The notes under the pieces: generated by a model
What the model was told of the DNA's origin: nothing
The model's input: the letters and a program-made list of their open reading frames with translations, nothing else
Database searches by the model: none
Origin: a virus
Lineage: Duplodnaviria > Caudoviricetes
DNA length: 62,007 bases
Direction: 5' to 3' (one strand)
Virus record (IMG/VR): IMGVR_UViG_3300046323_000511
Location: 1 to 62,007 of that record
Shown: in pieces, positions 29,001-36,304 of the stretch
Position numbering within the stretch: position 1 is the first letter of the stretch
How the letters are laid out: each line of letters begins with the position of its first letter
Position numbers and translations under genes: made by a program

Positions 29001-30538
29001 ACAATTTTCTGGGTGGCCTTATCAACCTGGTAGCCTTTCGTATCACGTACATCTGTAATCACTCCTTTTTCATCAAAATACAATTGGTAGTCTGTATTAT
29101 CCACTTGGAAATCTGAAAGATTATTTAACAAGTTCCTTTGTAGCTTGGTAGGGGAGGGGTACGCAAATTTCACGGCATTGTCTAGGTATTCTCCAAATGT
29201 ATTAGAGAAGTTGTCTAGTACATTATATGCACCTCCTGAAGCATTTTTAATTGTGGTCGGCAAAGCTGTGATTCCCTTTAGTGTGGGTGCTACTACGGTG
29301 TTCACAAATGTTTTTGCAATATACTGTGGTGTCCCTATCTCGGTACTGAATACGTTGGGTATCCCTCCAATCTTTGATAGTACATCTATCCCTGTCTGGA
29401 ACAGTTCTGCCTCTTTTTGTTTTTTCTCTTGGTCTGGGAAATTTTTAAGAAATTCCTGTGAATATTGGTCTAGGTATTTGGTTTTTTGATTAAATTCTTC
29501 AAACTCTTTATCGGTATTGATTAAATTCTCATTCTGTTTTACAAGTTCTGTATTAAACTCCTTGGTTTTGTTTTCATAATTGAATTGTAAGGCATTGATA
29601 TATTTAGCTTGTTCCTGCAAACTTGTCTGCAAGTCTGCAGTGGGATTGTCTTGGTAGTTTTTATACCTAAAATTAAATTCATTTATTTGGTCGTTCAAAT
29701 CCGATTTTATCTTGTTTACCTCGGTTTGACCTCTTCTAAGGATATTAAGATCTGCTTGCCTATTTTCTAGTGCTAGTCCTTCCTCTTCCAGATATTTGGA
29801 ATACATATCAAGTCCTTTTTTTTGGAGATCGAATTTTTTACCTGTTTCGTCTCCTAGATAATCATACTTGTTTTGAATATCCGTGCTACCTGCATCCTGC
29901 AATGCAATTTTTTCAAAGAACTCTCCCGTGGGTACTTTTTGCGTTTCTGCTGTGATAGGCAGGTTTTTTGTCATTTTGAATTCCTCTGGTTGGAAGAATT
30001 CTTGCTCTATCGCTTTTATGTTTTGATTCTGCGCCTGTTTTGTGGTGTTCTGAATTAATTCATTTGCTTTTCTTTCTTGATACATCTTCTCGTAGGCTTG
30101 CCCTTGTCCTTGGTTTGCATAAGGATTGACATTCAGGTTATCTCCTACGGATGCAAGTTTATCAAATACGGATGCCTCGTTTGCTTCCCCTGTGGTGCTT
30201 TCTATATTTGCATCTTGCAAATCTACATTGCTAAAATACTTATCGTATTCGTTTGTCTGGGTATTGTTTGGGGCCTGGGTAATTACCTTATCTACCTGCG
30301 TGCTTATAAAACTCTTTTCTTCCTGCTTTTTTTCCTGTGATTTTATCTCCGCAAGAATTTCATTGTGGAAAGTGGCAAAATCTGGTAGACCTTTATAGGC
30401 TTCATTCAGGTCTGCGTATATAGTTTCGGCGGCAGCCTTGTCCTGTATTTTCTGTTCAAATTGTTGGAATGTAGCTTGAAGTCCTAATTTTATTAGTTTT
30501 TCGTATGCTTTTTTTAGTTTTGGCTTTGGGTCTTCCAT
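23024..30538 (-). CDS. Giant probable DNA-ejection/internal virion protein (2504 aa)
   Basis: Last gene of the tail module; helical, with Gly/Ala-rich membrane-like segments and an acidic linker; position typical of podovirus ejection proteins. Confidence 0.7.
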   Translation of the reverse strand: MEDPKPKLKKAYEKLIKLGLQATFQQFEQKIQDKAAAETIYADLNEAYKGLPDFATFHNEILAEIKSQEKKQEEKSFISTQVDKVITQAPNNTQTNEYDKYFSNVDLQDANIESTTGEANEASVFDKLASVGDNLNVNPYANQGQGQAYEKMYQERKANELIQNTTKQAQNQNIKAIEQEFFQPEEFKMTKNLPITAETQKVPTGEFFEKIALQDAGSTDIQNKYDYLGDETGKKFDLQKKGLDMYSKYLEEEGLALENRQADLNILRRGQTEVNKIKSDLNDQINEFNFRYKNYQDNPTADLQTSLQEQAKYINALQFNYENKTKEFNTELVKQNENLINTDKEFEEFNQKTKYLDQYSQEFLKNFPDQEKKQKEAELFQTGIDVLSKIGGIPNVFSTEIGTPQYIAKTFVNTVVAPTLKGITALPTTIKNASGGAYNVLDNFSNTFGEYLDNAVKFAYPSPTKLQRNLLNNLSDFQVDNTDYQLYFDEKGVITDVRDTKGYQVDKATQKIVIDKYKASEDKPEIRKGNFSDISAENLIDKTAQALTGTLAVVGGAGYISNGFKFLGLSQKVANFGGLTSAGFVMQYNDLREMAKSSGLNETEASRYGLGMGLALGMLENISPNKLVFKPEDIITATKNYSRMVIKGVNTNTAIKESLKGIGKELSEENMQAISELFVTSLGNATTNSLTGGKLDEEISLDKVKETLILTNLATLPIATMGARTIRSSQNMLEKSALYSAARDWNTFEPILRNMLDTNQISQVRFDALNTTIPILAKKLESLPPTLPEGQKQEIVNLIAEKIHFESIANNPDAIEQVQTQAKEQLTKINEDIQKVFDIKFSENVSSYKPSYTQTSPEQVSAREEVLAEPENVNDISVVNTTETNTIDTQNTTVQETTEIPEQQNTEIPDNTATIREGAQETIVQATDPGLPIELVNKPQRDTAKPVKKETAILESDISNSPEFEEIRNIPEITSSVSKDSTPEQVQAAKMLIVNRFKDLEEQSQPDYKDDLIRQYLLRWKIKLKDYKGMAGQANTMGRGNTKFLKYFSAKGMPIDRLAMEINATEKINNSQEVTPQDIVDFIDNEEKGFIGKKNDSEIQELKNEYQRITGKDLTTKEADNVVSEIEGEYLEFQKFTDKLTVKELENIFKKFPELIEIIEQNTDENGNLDEDSIFEIGQLLGTEKIRQIFNSLNYDKAVISKIVNNLSNLKNQINESESNTTETSQGELAESQETIIPDGQDGAQNQVEYVPENTVQETQELPEEEKTEEPKQGTEEIFSEEEILALEKEFEKLLEEPENTDSMIKAAAKINFDKESANFLAEMEKSGFYSLANETKVNDIIIEEKVNDFAEDNNLSEEQAEKLKSYIKTFYNTSSKKKKVDKVNNQEEIYLNGIGFNSKQVQWLLNTQFYKKYVAPLFSKRGVIGSGILNPNVFELNRQMQRNINVELQELDYTRRLFEKTIKEIPDDKAEDMILFKKAERLLNLQKEFEQSEALYQSYINDIATLTIEIENIKADRREDVRKRNPNILAKMVAALISQNPVFNTNQTRLKSLTKEVNLVRYRNAAKENGKILQEMETIATTITGFAKRKPGQTAKEWLLNMPQMTDAYRGLLSKYNTNDLLVEEKKAKQKEIGRILKENKKITDETRDEILNESNKLIEDAKLAYDIAKANLAQAKAQILKLEIIIRSSNTILGESDLSIAEAQKIVDGPSKSKLMSELQSFLTGETDTLSFAKLIPVAQKMRSQVDALSKDILDNEIVSKANEDKIKSNIGKYLTRSYKIYDVKGYADKIRQTNPGLIRNAYIFIEAQLKQKGERMLLKADKIVDNTRKAKIIAEADKYLNPSEDLANAYINIALNPSNDVPEAIVKGSKLGSKDLNILKNRGDIALVIRQLMGEYTEPFINYSKSIVKMVNLIEKHKFLVSVKENGLKEGYLKEAPEGEYYVKIGSSDSTDPLNEVYMTPEMKEVMSNYSKNEDISKSTNLTVQALSWFVKATNKVNTATTVFSHTTHLVNMLGNISYVTLNGYVDFSKIKKLGIAFSQNSTASQEYYKELLRYGIAKEGLDASVFKEVMNIYQDYTLDNILDEQTKKYSRLKNYLTIDLPNKIIKLYEKEDLILKILAWENEKARYVKIYKKEFPVLNKQEIEELAKVQAAKVIKQVTPNYSEIPTGIRELSKSPFIAPFISFTYESIRNYINAINLAIQEIKTPSRRTLGVQRLAGVLTATTLPSAIAYLVNNMRNGFDEEKEEKLRSFIPEWSKTNTILILGQTKGEYRYLDIGRFNAFQYPTRPLEMVFRAGLRGNLDDEERVQELSLEIAKEIFAPFLKTEILANKVFETLQNKTINSSKKVYNNYDDAGTKTSKILFHLIPAFTPKTIKDTEKIYKAIYGIEEGYRKYNLNDEILANLTGARVSALNVESVFKFEIKKIQENLNELAYSKKIADKNKNTKEVEIIDKNYAENIKLAQKLYSNAISLGAERTKIDMELKKLGKAKIIQIKKPSQK

Positions 30539-30540
30539 AT

Positions 30541-32157
30541 TTAATAGTCTTCTCTTTCGTCTACAACATTATTTTCTTTTTCTGTTCGGAATAGGTCTTG
30601 TGATTTAACCTTGTTTCTCTCTACGCCTTTCTGCTCTATGGTCTGCACCTTGCCTTCGTTCTTAATGGCTTTGTCGGATACCACACTTTGGCCTTCCTCG
30701 TACAAGCCTTGCAAGTCTGTTAGTGACGGGAAGTTTTTCGGATCAATTTGCTGGTAGATACTGGCAAAAGTATTGTATGCACTTCTGTCATAAGTCTGAC
30801 CAACCTGCCCCAATGGCAATACTTTTTCAATATCCTCGTATGACACTTCGCCTGTTGTTGCGTCCTTTACTTCTTTTCTAACGGTAAACCTTGCTACTCG
30901 GATTGGCTCTTCTGAATCTCCAAGTAGATTTAGTTTGTTCCCGAATACTGTGATTGTTCCGCCTGAAATATCGGAATAGGGGATGGTTTCAATTTTTACT
31001 CCTTTTAAAAATCCCTGCTCTCCATCTAGCGTTACAACTGTACCAGATTTGGATGCTGCATTTATCATTCCATTGAGCATATTTTGTTCTCCATCCAAGG
31101 TCTGGGCAATTATTCTATCACCTAGCTTGGCTTTATCTTTTTGCTGTGTTGCTCCGTATCTCGCCATCAGGAAGGGGTCTCTTGTAGTTGTGCCTGTTTG
31201 GGTTATCTCTTCTGTTTTCTCGGATCCTGTTTGAAGTGTGCCAATTTGTTCTTTGGCAAGTTGTCTTTGCATATTAACTCTTCCTCCTTTTTCGGCGGCA
31301 AGTTTACTGATTACTTCTGGTAGCTTTATGGGATCGCTTTCTAATTCCAAGGCTTTATCTGTAAGTATTTTATCAACTCTTTTTTCCAAGTATATTTTGT
31401 ATCGTGGATTTAGCATAAAAAAATCAATATGTCGGTCATCAACTCCGGGTATATAGTTCCCATTATCATCCTTGGTCATAAATCGGAATTTTATTTCTCC
31501 ATCTGACGTTTTCTTGTACATACTTCCTCCATAGTCTCCTTCTATCAGGGTATTTATGGTTTTTTTGTCTGCACTAATCGTGCCTTCAAAGTTTTTGGCT
31601 GTGGTCGCCAAAAATTCATCTGTAAGGAAGTATTTATCGCTATCCTTGTCTGGCTGGTTGTTTAGGTTTAAGTTTTCTAGGGAACTTTCGTACACCCATT
31701 TTTTATAATCCGCACTATAAAGCAGGTTGTTTGCAAATTCATCCTGGCTTGGATTCCAAGCTAGGTTTTCAGTAACTCTTCCTTTAAGGTCTTTTGATTT
31801 TAAATTCAAGGTTTGAAACCTAGATATTTTACCCATAAATTCTTCGTCTTTCTGGATATTGATACCTTGTTTTATCTTGTTGATACCTTCAGTCTTGATT
31901 CCTGCAAGCATATCACTTAATTCTTTTTCGTGGTTGAAAAAAAACTCTTCTGGTTTCAAGTTTAAAATAGCCTGGTTCTCTTTCTCGATCTTGGCTTTTG
32001 CCAAATCATCCGCAATGTCTTTTTTTACTAATGAATCCCTTCTCGCATTCACTACTTGAAAGAAAGAAGGTGTGTCATTTCGGAATATCTGTGCAAGTCC
32101 AGCTTGACCACCTACTCCTGCATATCCGCCATAACTAAGGTCTCTAGGGTTTTCCAT
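30541..32157 (-). CDS. Probable ejection/internal virion protein
   Basis: 538 aa with Gly-rich N-terminus, directly upstream of the giant protein. Confidence 0.6.
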   Translation of the reverse strand: MENPRDLSYGGYAGVGGQAGLAQIFRNDTPSFFQVVNARRDSLVKKDIADDLAKAKIEKENQAILNLKPEEFFFNHEKELSDMLAGIKTEGINKIKQGINIQKDEEFMGKISRFQTLNLKSKDLKGRVTENLAWNPSQDEFANNLLYSADYKKWVYESSLENLNLNNQPDKDSDKYFLTDEFLATTAKNFEGTISADKKTINTLIEGDYGGSMYKKTSDGEIKFRFMTKDDNGNYIPGVDDRHIDFFMLNPRYKIYLEKRVDKILTDKALELESDPIKLPEVISKLAAEKGGRVNMQRQLAKEQIGTLQTGSEKTEEITQTGTTTRDPFLMARYGATQQKDKAKLGDRIIAQTLDGEQNMLNGMINAASKSGTVVTLDGEQGFLKGVKIETIPYSDISGGTITVFGNKLNLLGDSEEPIRVARFTVRKEVKDATTGEVSYEDIEKVLPLGQVGQTYDRSAYNTFASIYQQIDPKNFPSLTDLQGLYEEGQSVVSDKAIKNEGKVQTIEQKGVERNKVKSQDLFRTEKENNVVDEREDY

Positions 32158-32210
32158 ATAATTATATCTATTTTAAAAAACAAACAAATATAGTATTATT
32201 TTGGAAATAA

Positions 32211-32238
32211 AAAAAGCAACCTTGCTTGGTTGCTTTTT
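32211..32238. terminator. Intrinsic terminator
   Basis: AAAAAGCAACC-TTGCTT-GGTTGCTTTTT. Confidence 0.75.
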
Positions 32239-32258
32239 AAACTTGCGTAAGTACGGAT

Positions 32259-32696
32259 GTTATGGGAAATGTTTTTAAAAATTCCCACCGCACCGCTACG
32301 GATTAGATTTTTCGTTAGCAATAATTGCTGCATACATCCCAAGTTTAGTAATGGCAATCATCAAATCTTCGCCACTCCACTTGCTCATAAAACTTAGCAT
32401 TACTCTTTCGGCAGCAATCATTCCTAAGTAAAAATCCTTACTTTGCTCTTTAGTAAATCTTTCCGATGTGTCCCAATTTCCTGTGCCACATAAAGCAACT
32501 GTTCTTTTTAAGTATTCATCTGTTGCTGCTTCGTCAAACATTTGTCCTTTTTCCATTTTTTTAATGATTGAATGATTTGCCCCAGTTAATTTTTAAAAAC
32601 ACATCCCATAACAAGGGCTTAAATGAAATGTGCCTATGAAGTGTATCTGTAAATTTGAACAGTTTAGCAAGGCACACTTCATTAAGCCCCGAACCG
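32259..32696 (+). mobile_element. Integron-type gene cassette (gene in reverse orientation)
   Basis: Starts at G/TTATGGG (32259); its complement CCCATAAC (32605-32612) opens an attC-like hairpin that ends at GTTAGTGG (32696). Confidence 0.6.
32296..32556 (-). CDS. Hypothetical cassette-borne protein
   Basis: 86-aa ORF bracketed by 23-nt inverted repeats. Confidence 0.7.
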   Translation of the reverse strand: MEKGQMFDEAATDEYLKRTVALCGTGNWDTSERFTKEQSKDFYLGMIAAERVMLSFMSKWSGEDLMIAITKLGMYAAIIANEKSNP

Positions 32697-32703
32697 TTAG
32701 TGG
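32605..32703 (+). repeat. attC-like recombination site
   Basis: TAAC...GTTA ends; arms GGGCTTAAATGAAATGTGCC / GGCACACTTCATTAAGCCC with one extrahelical base. Confidence 0.65.
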
Positions 32704-32801
32704 CAATACTCCGAAGCCCTACGAACAGCAACATCGTAATATTGTTTTTCCTTTTCTATTCCAATTGATTTCCTATTTAATTTGACACAAGCCAAAGTGT
32801 T
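32697..32801 (-). pseudogene. C-terminal remnant of a DNA amino-methyltransferase
   Basis: Translates NTLACVKLNRKSIGIEKEKQYYDVAVRRASEYCH*, typical of a beta-class MTase tail; no start codon. Confidence 0.6.
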
Positions 32802-33070
32802 GAAAAAATAATATTTTTTTTGTATCTATATTCTGTTTCAACGTAGGAGAATTTATCTCCTTCAGAACCGTATGGGCTTTTTTCAGAAGGTACGTTTTTA
32901 GTGGTTACTTTTATATCCCCTGCTATCCCTGCTTTGATTGCTTCTTTTTTGAACTGTTTTATAATACGTTCAAAAAACCCTTTATTCATCGCCCTATATG
33001 GCGTTTCACGATAATATTCGGTTAAATCTAAGTCATCGAATGTTTTCCAATTATGATTTTTTGTTTGCAT
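32777..33070 (-). CDS. Hypothetical protein
   Basis: 97-aa ORF with A-rich leader. Confidence 0.7.
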   Translation of the reverse strand: MQTKNHNWKTFDDLDLTEYYRETPYRAMNKGFFERIIKQFKKEAIKAGIAGDIKVTTKNVPSEKSPYGSEGDKFSYVETEYRYKKNIIFSTLWLVSN

Positions 33071-33082
33071 TTTTATATTTAT

Positions 33083-33310
33083 TTAGATGTTGTTTACAAT
33101 CAATTCAGCTACTTGTTTTGGTTCAAGCCCTTTAAAGGAGAAGGAAATAGCTTTTCCGTTCTTAATACCTTCGCTTTCCCTTGCCTCAACTACCGTCACT
33201 TTTCCTGTGCAAAAAATTGAAAGTCCTTGCTTCTCAATTAATGCTTTAAGCCAATCAAGTAGTTCTTGTTGCTCTGCGTTGATAACGGATGTAAAGCTAC
33301 AAAAGTTGTA
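33083..33310 (-). pseudogene. Headless ORF (5'-truncated gene fragment)
   Basis: 75 open codons (..VINAEQQELLDWLKALIEKQG..IVNNI*) without ATG. Confidence 0.4.
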
Positions 33311-33330
33311 TTATTAAAGCAAAATAATTT

Positions 33331-33567
33331 TTACCAATTAGAATATTCTTTCCACCTACGGAATTTTTTAGGATTCCACTCACGCCTTAGTAGGTATATC
33401 TCATTCATCGCTTTTGTGGCACAATAAGCCAAATCAAATATCGGCTTCTGTGCTTTTACACTTTCCTCGTAGTTTAAATCTGCAAAAAATATCCTGCCAT
33501 TGTATCTGCACCATCCAGAAACCATCGGGCAGTCATTCATCCAGTAGGGGAGAGGTTTGTTCTTCAT
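33331..33567 (-). CDS. Hypothetical protein
   Basis: 78-aa ORF. Confidence 0.65.
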   Translation of the reverse strand: MKNKPLPYWMNDCPMVSGWCRYNGRIFFADLNYEESVKAQKPIFDLAYCATKAMNEIYLLRREWNPKKFRRWKEYSNW

Positions 33568-33904
33568 TTTGGTAGGGCTTTATTGCTTCGTAAAATTCAG
33601 CCCAAGAATTAAGCTCTTTTAGGGCTACATTTTTCATCTTTAATATATTTACACTATTTTGCGTGTATATGGCAAAATTCATTTCTGACGGGTGAATTGC
33701 GCACACAAAAAATGAATTGCCTATATTAAAAAATCTTTGTAATATACAAACTATTGTAAAATGAAACTCGAAGGTTGGTTCTACTAATAAAAGAAGTTCT
33801 AATCCTCGCCTGTATTCAACCTGAGAGATTAATAATGATATTCCTAGCTCTTCTGATTGTTTTACTCTCAAAAGATTAATTATTTCTTCTTCGTATTCAT
33901 TCAT
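33533..33904 (-). CDS. Hypothetical protein
   Basis: 123-aa ORF. Confidence 0.65.
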   Translation of the reverse strand: MNEYEEEIINLLRVKQSEELGISLLISQVEYRRGLELLLLVEPTFEFHFTIVCILQRFFNIGNSFFVCAIHPSEMNFAIYTQNSVNILKMKNVALKELNSWAEFYEAIKPYQNEEQTSPLLDE

Positions 33905-34091
33905 TATTATCCATTTGTTTACTGTGTGTAAATAAAGTCCAAAGACACAAGTTTAACCCTATTGCTTGCCAGTAGTCTATCTGGCCTAGCCTGAAAATAT
34001 CAGGCATAAGCCAGTTCCAAAGGATGAGTATAAAAAGTGCATTAAGCAAGTGTTTTATCAAGGCTGTAATTAACATTTCAGCAAAATTCAT
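33897..34091 (-). CDS. Small membrane protein
   Basis: LWNWLMPDIFRLGQIDYWQAIGL motif with hydrophobic segments. Confidence 0.75.
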   Translation of the reverse strand: MNFAEMLITALIKHLLNALFILILWNWLMPDIFRLGQIDYWQAIGLNLCLWTLFTHSKQMDNNE

Positions 34092-34117
34092 AAATTTAGT
34101 TGTTTAAGTGTTGATTA

Positions 34118-34342
34118 TCAAAGATTGAGTAAGTCTATAAGTCCCTGGTTTGCGTATGTATAAGCAGATATAAGATCTTTCATTTCTTCCTCGTTATGGC
34201 ATTTCACAATATGAATAGCTATTACCCTGCGATATTGGGTTAGTTTTAAAATATTTTTAACTAGGCTGGCTTCATCTACCTTGATCGTAGATTTTTGTAT
34301 TTTTGATAATCTTCTACTGTTTGTGTTGTCTTTGACATTCAT
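34118..34342 (-). CDS. Hypothetical protein
   Basis: 74-aa ORF with shared leader. Confidence 0.65.
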   Translation of the reverse strand: MNVKDNTNSRRLSKIQKSTIKVDEASLVKNILKLTQYRRVIAIHIVKCHNEEEMKDLISAYTYANQGLIDLLNL

Positions 34343-34762
34343 TTAGTTGTTTAGGTAAATTTGTCGGATTGTGTCTATCTCGTCCTCATTAAGGACTTTA
34401 AACGCTATTTTAAGTTCTTCTGTTTGGGGCCTTTCTTCGTCATAGAATTTAAACCAATCTTTGATAAGAGTAATGGCTGACCTTTTTAGCTTCGGATACA
34501 AATCTTTCCTTAGATTTTCTTTTTCCTTGTAGCTGTTTACCGTATTCATTAATGCAGAATATTCCTTGCCAGTGGCTGTTTTGGATAATTCTTTCATCTC
34601 TTTTTTTATTCCTACAGCCAAGGGAACATCGCTTACCACTATTTTAGCGGGAGACCTTTTTACCTTCTTTTTCTTTAGCCTGCATATCCGGCACATTGCT
34701 TCATCATCTGGCTTCTGGGGCTTACATTTGCCTCCACAGTTAGTGCAAATTTCTATTCTCAT
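34343..34762 (-). CDS. Zn-ribbon-containing hypothetical protein
   Basis: CTNCGG ... CRIC at N-terminus. Confidence 0.65.
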   Translation of the reverse strand: MRIEICTNCGGKCKPQKPDDEAMCRICRLKKKKVKRSPAKIVVSDVPLAVGIKKEMKELSKTATGKEYSALMNTVNSYKEKENLRKDLYPKLKRSAITLIKDWFKFYDEERPQTEELKIAFKVLNEDEIDTIRQIYLNN

Positions 34763-34856
34763 TTAGTTATTGTATTTTGGTTTAAATAATCCCTGCACAG
34801 AATCCTATGCAGGGTTACAATCTATCTATTCTACTACTTTACTTATACTTTACTTA

Positions 34857-35282
34857 TTAAAAAGGCATTAATTGTTTTAATTCCCTGGCAAATTCATCTG
34901 CTGTTTTACCATCTCTAAAGGCCTCCGATATGATGGTATTCACAAACACAGCCGTTATTTTGTTCACTTCTTCGTTGAACTTTTTTGCCAGGGGCAAGTT
35001 TTTCTCCTCATCGGATAGTGTTACAAGAAATAGATTTTTCTTACTCATTGAGTTTGCGTATTGTGCAACCTCGCTGGATTTAAGATATATTTCTTCTAAT
35101 TCTTTATGCGAAAACTCTGTTGCAAGAATCTTCTTAGTTACATTCTTGCACTCGTTGAATGCAATCAGCATTCCTTCTACGATTCCTCTAAACTGCGGAT
35201 GTTCCGGGTTCACGCCTATTGAATCTAGGGTTTTTTGCCCTATACGGAATTGCTTTGATATTGCTTTTTTTTCTTGTCCCAT
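34857..35282 (-). CDS. Hypothetical protein, possible ribbon-helix-helix N-terminus
   Basis: 141 aa; KAISKQFRIGQKTLDSI. Confidence 0.65.
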   Translation of the reverse strand: MGQEKKAISKQFRIGQKTLDSIGVNPEHPQFRGIVEGMLIAFNECKNVTKKILATEFSHKELEEIYLKSSEVAQYANSMSKKNLFLVTLSDEEKNLPLAKKFNEEVNKITAVFVNTIISEAFRDGKTADEFARELKQLMPF

Positions 35283-35631
35283 TTGTTTATTCTGTGTTTA
35301 TTTTACTTTTTTTTGTTTTGCTTTGTCAATAAATCTATTCCAGTCAAAGCAAATTTAAGGTTTCCATTAGTTTATTTATTTAGTATACAATATTAACACA
35401 AATGTATAATTAATATTCTTAAAAACAAATAAAATAATTTATTTTTTTCAGAAGGGTAGGAGAGGGGCAAAAAAAAGAGGTGGATAAAACCCTCCTCTTT
35501 TCACTACAACTAAATAAATAATACAAATAATACGAACAAATAAAAACAGAGACTAATTTAGTCCCTGTTTTAAATCATCCAATATAAATAAACCTATGCA
35601 AATATAACCATTTTATTATGAATCACAATTC

Positions 35632-36297
35632 CTATTTCATTTTTTTGGTTCGTCTCATCTTAGGCAGTAAATCTATATCCGTCTGCTCCGTGGCTTGTTC
35701 GGTGTTTGGCTGCCCTTGTTGCAATTGCAACATCTTATTCATCATTTCCAATTTTTGATCGTTTCCGCCTACTCCTGAGTAGAATTTATCGGGCAGATTT
35801 TGTGCCACATTACTTATAGATCCCTGTATCCCTTGGAAAAGATTCTGCAATCCTGCTCCCTGCAATGCACTCTTGGTTGCACTTGCTTCATTCTCTGCCT
35901 GTTGTTTAGCACCTGCAAGTTGCTGGACTGAATTTTGAAACCTATCAACATTCTGCAATCTGAATTGCTGGGCCTGGGAATTCAGTCCCTCGAATGAATC
36001 ATTGGTATTCTTATTAACGGACGATAATGCGGCAAGTTTATTATTCAGCCCGGATCCCGTTTCTTGAATCGCCTCGGCTGTCTGGGCCGCATTACTTCGG
36101 ATACTCGTTTCCGCCTGTGTCTGTCCGGGTGTTTTATCCGCTTTCATCAGGTTTCGGGATAAATCCACGTTATCCACAAAGCCTTGGTCTACTTTCCTTG
36201 GTTTTACTTTTTTGGCTTTTGCAAGTTGGGCAATCCCTGATACTCCCTGGACTAGACTTGAAGCACCCCCTAATATTCCTAGCAATGGTAATGCCAT
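35632..36297 (-). CDS. Probable small ejection/internal virion protein
   Basis: MALPLLGILGGASSLVQGVSGIAQ Gly/Ala-rich N-terminus, Gln-rich helix; follows tail stabilization gene; start placed at the internal ATG. Confidence 0.65.
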   Translation of the reverse strand: MALPLLGILGGASSLVQGVSGIAQLAKAKKVKPRKVDQGFVDNVDLSRNLMKADKTPGQTQAETSIRSNAAQTAEAIQETGSGLNNKLAALSSVNKNTNDSFEGLNSQAQQFRLQNVDRFQNSVQQLAGAKQQAENEASATKSALQGAGLQNLFQGIQGSISNVAQNLPDKFYSGVGGNDQKLEMMNKMLQLQQGQPNTEQATEQTDIDLLPKMRRTKKMK

Positions 36298-36304
36298 ATT
36301 CTTA

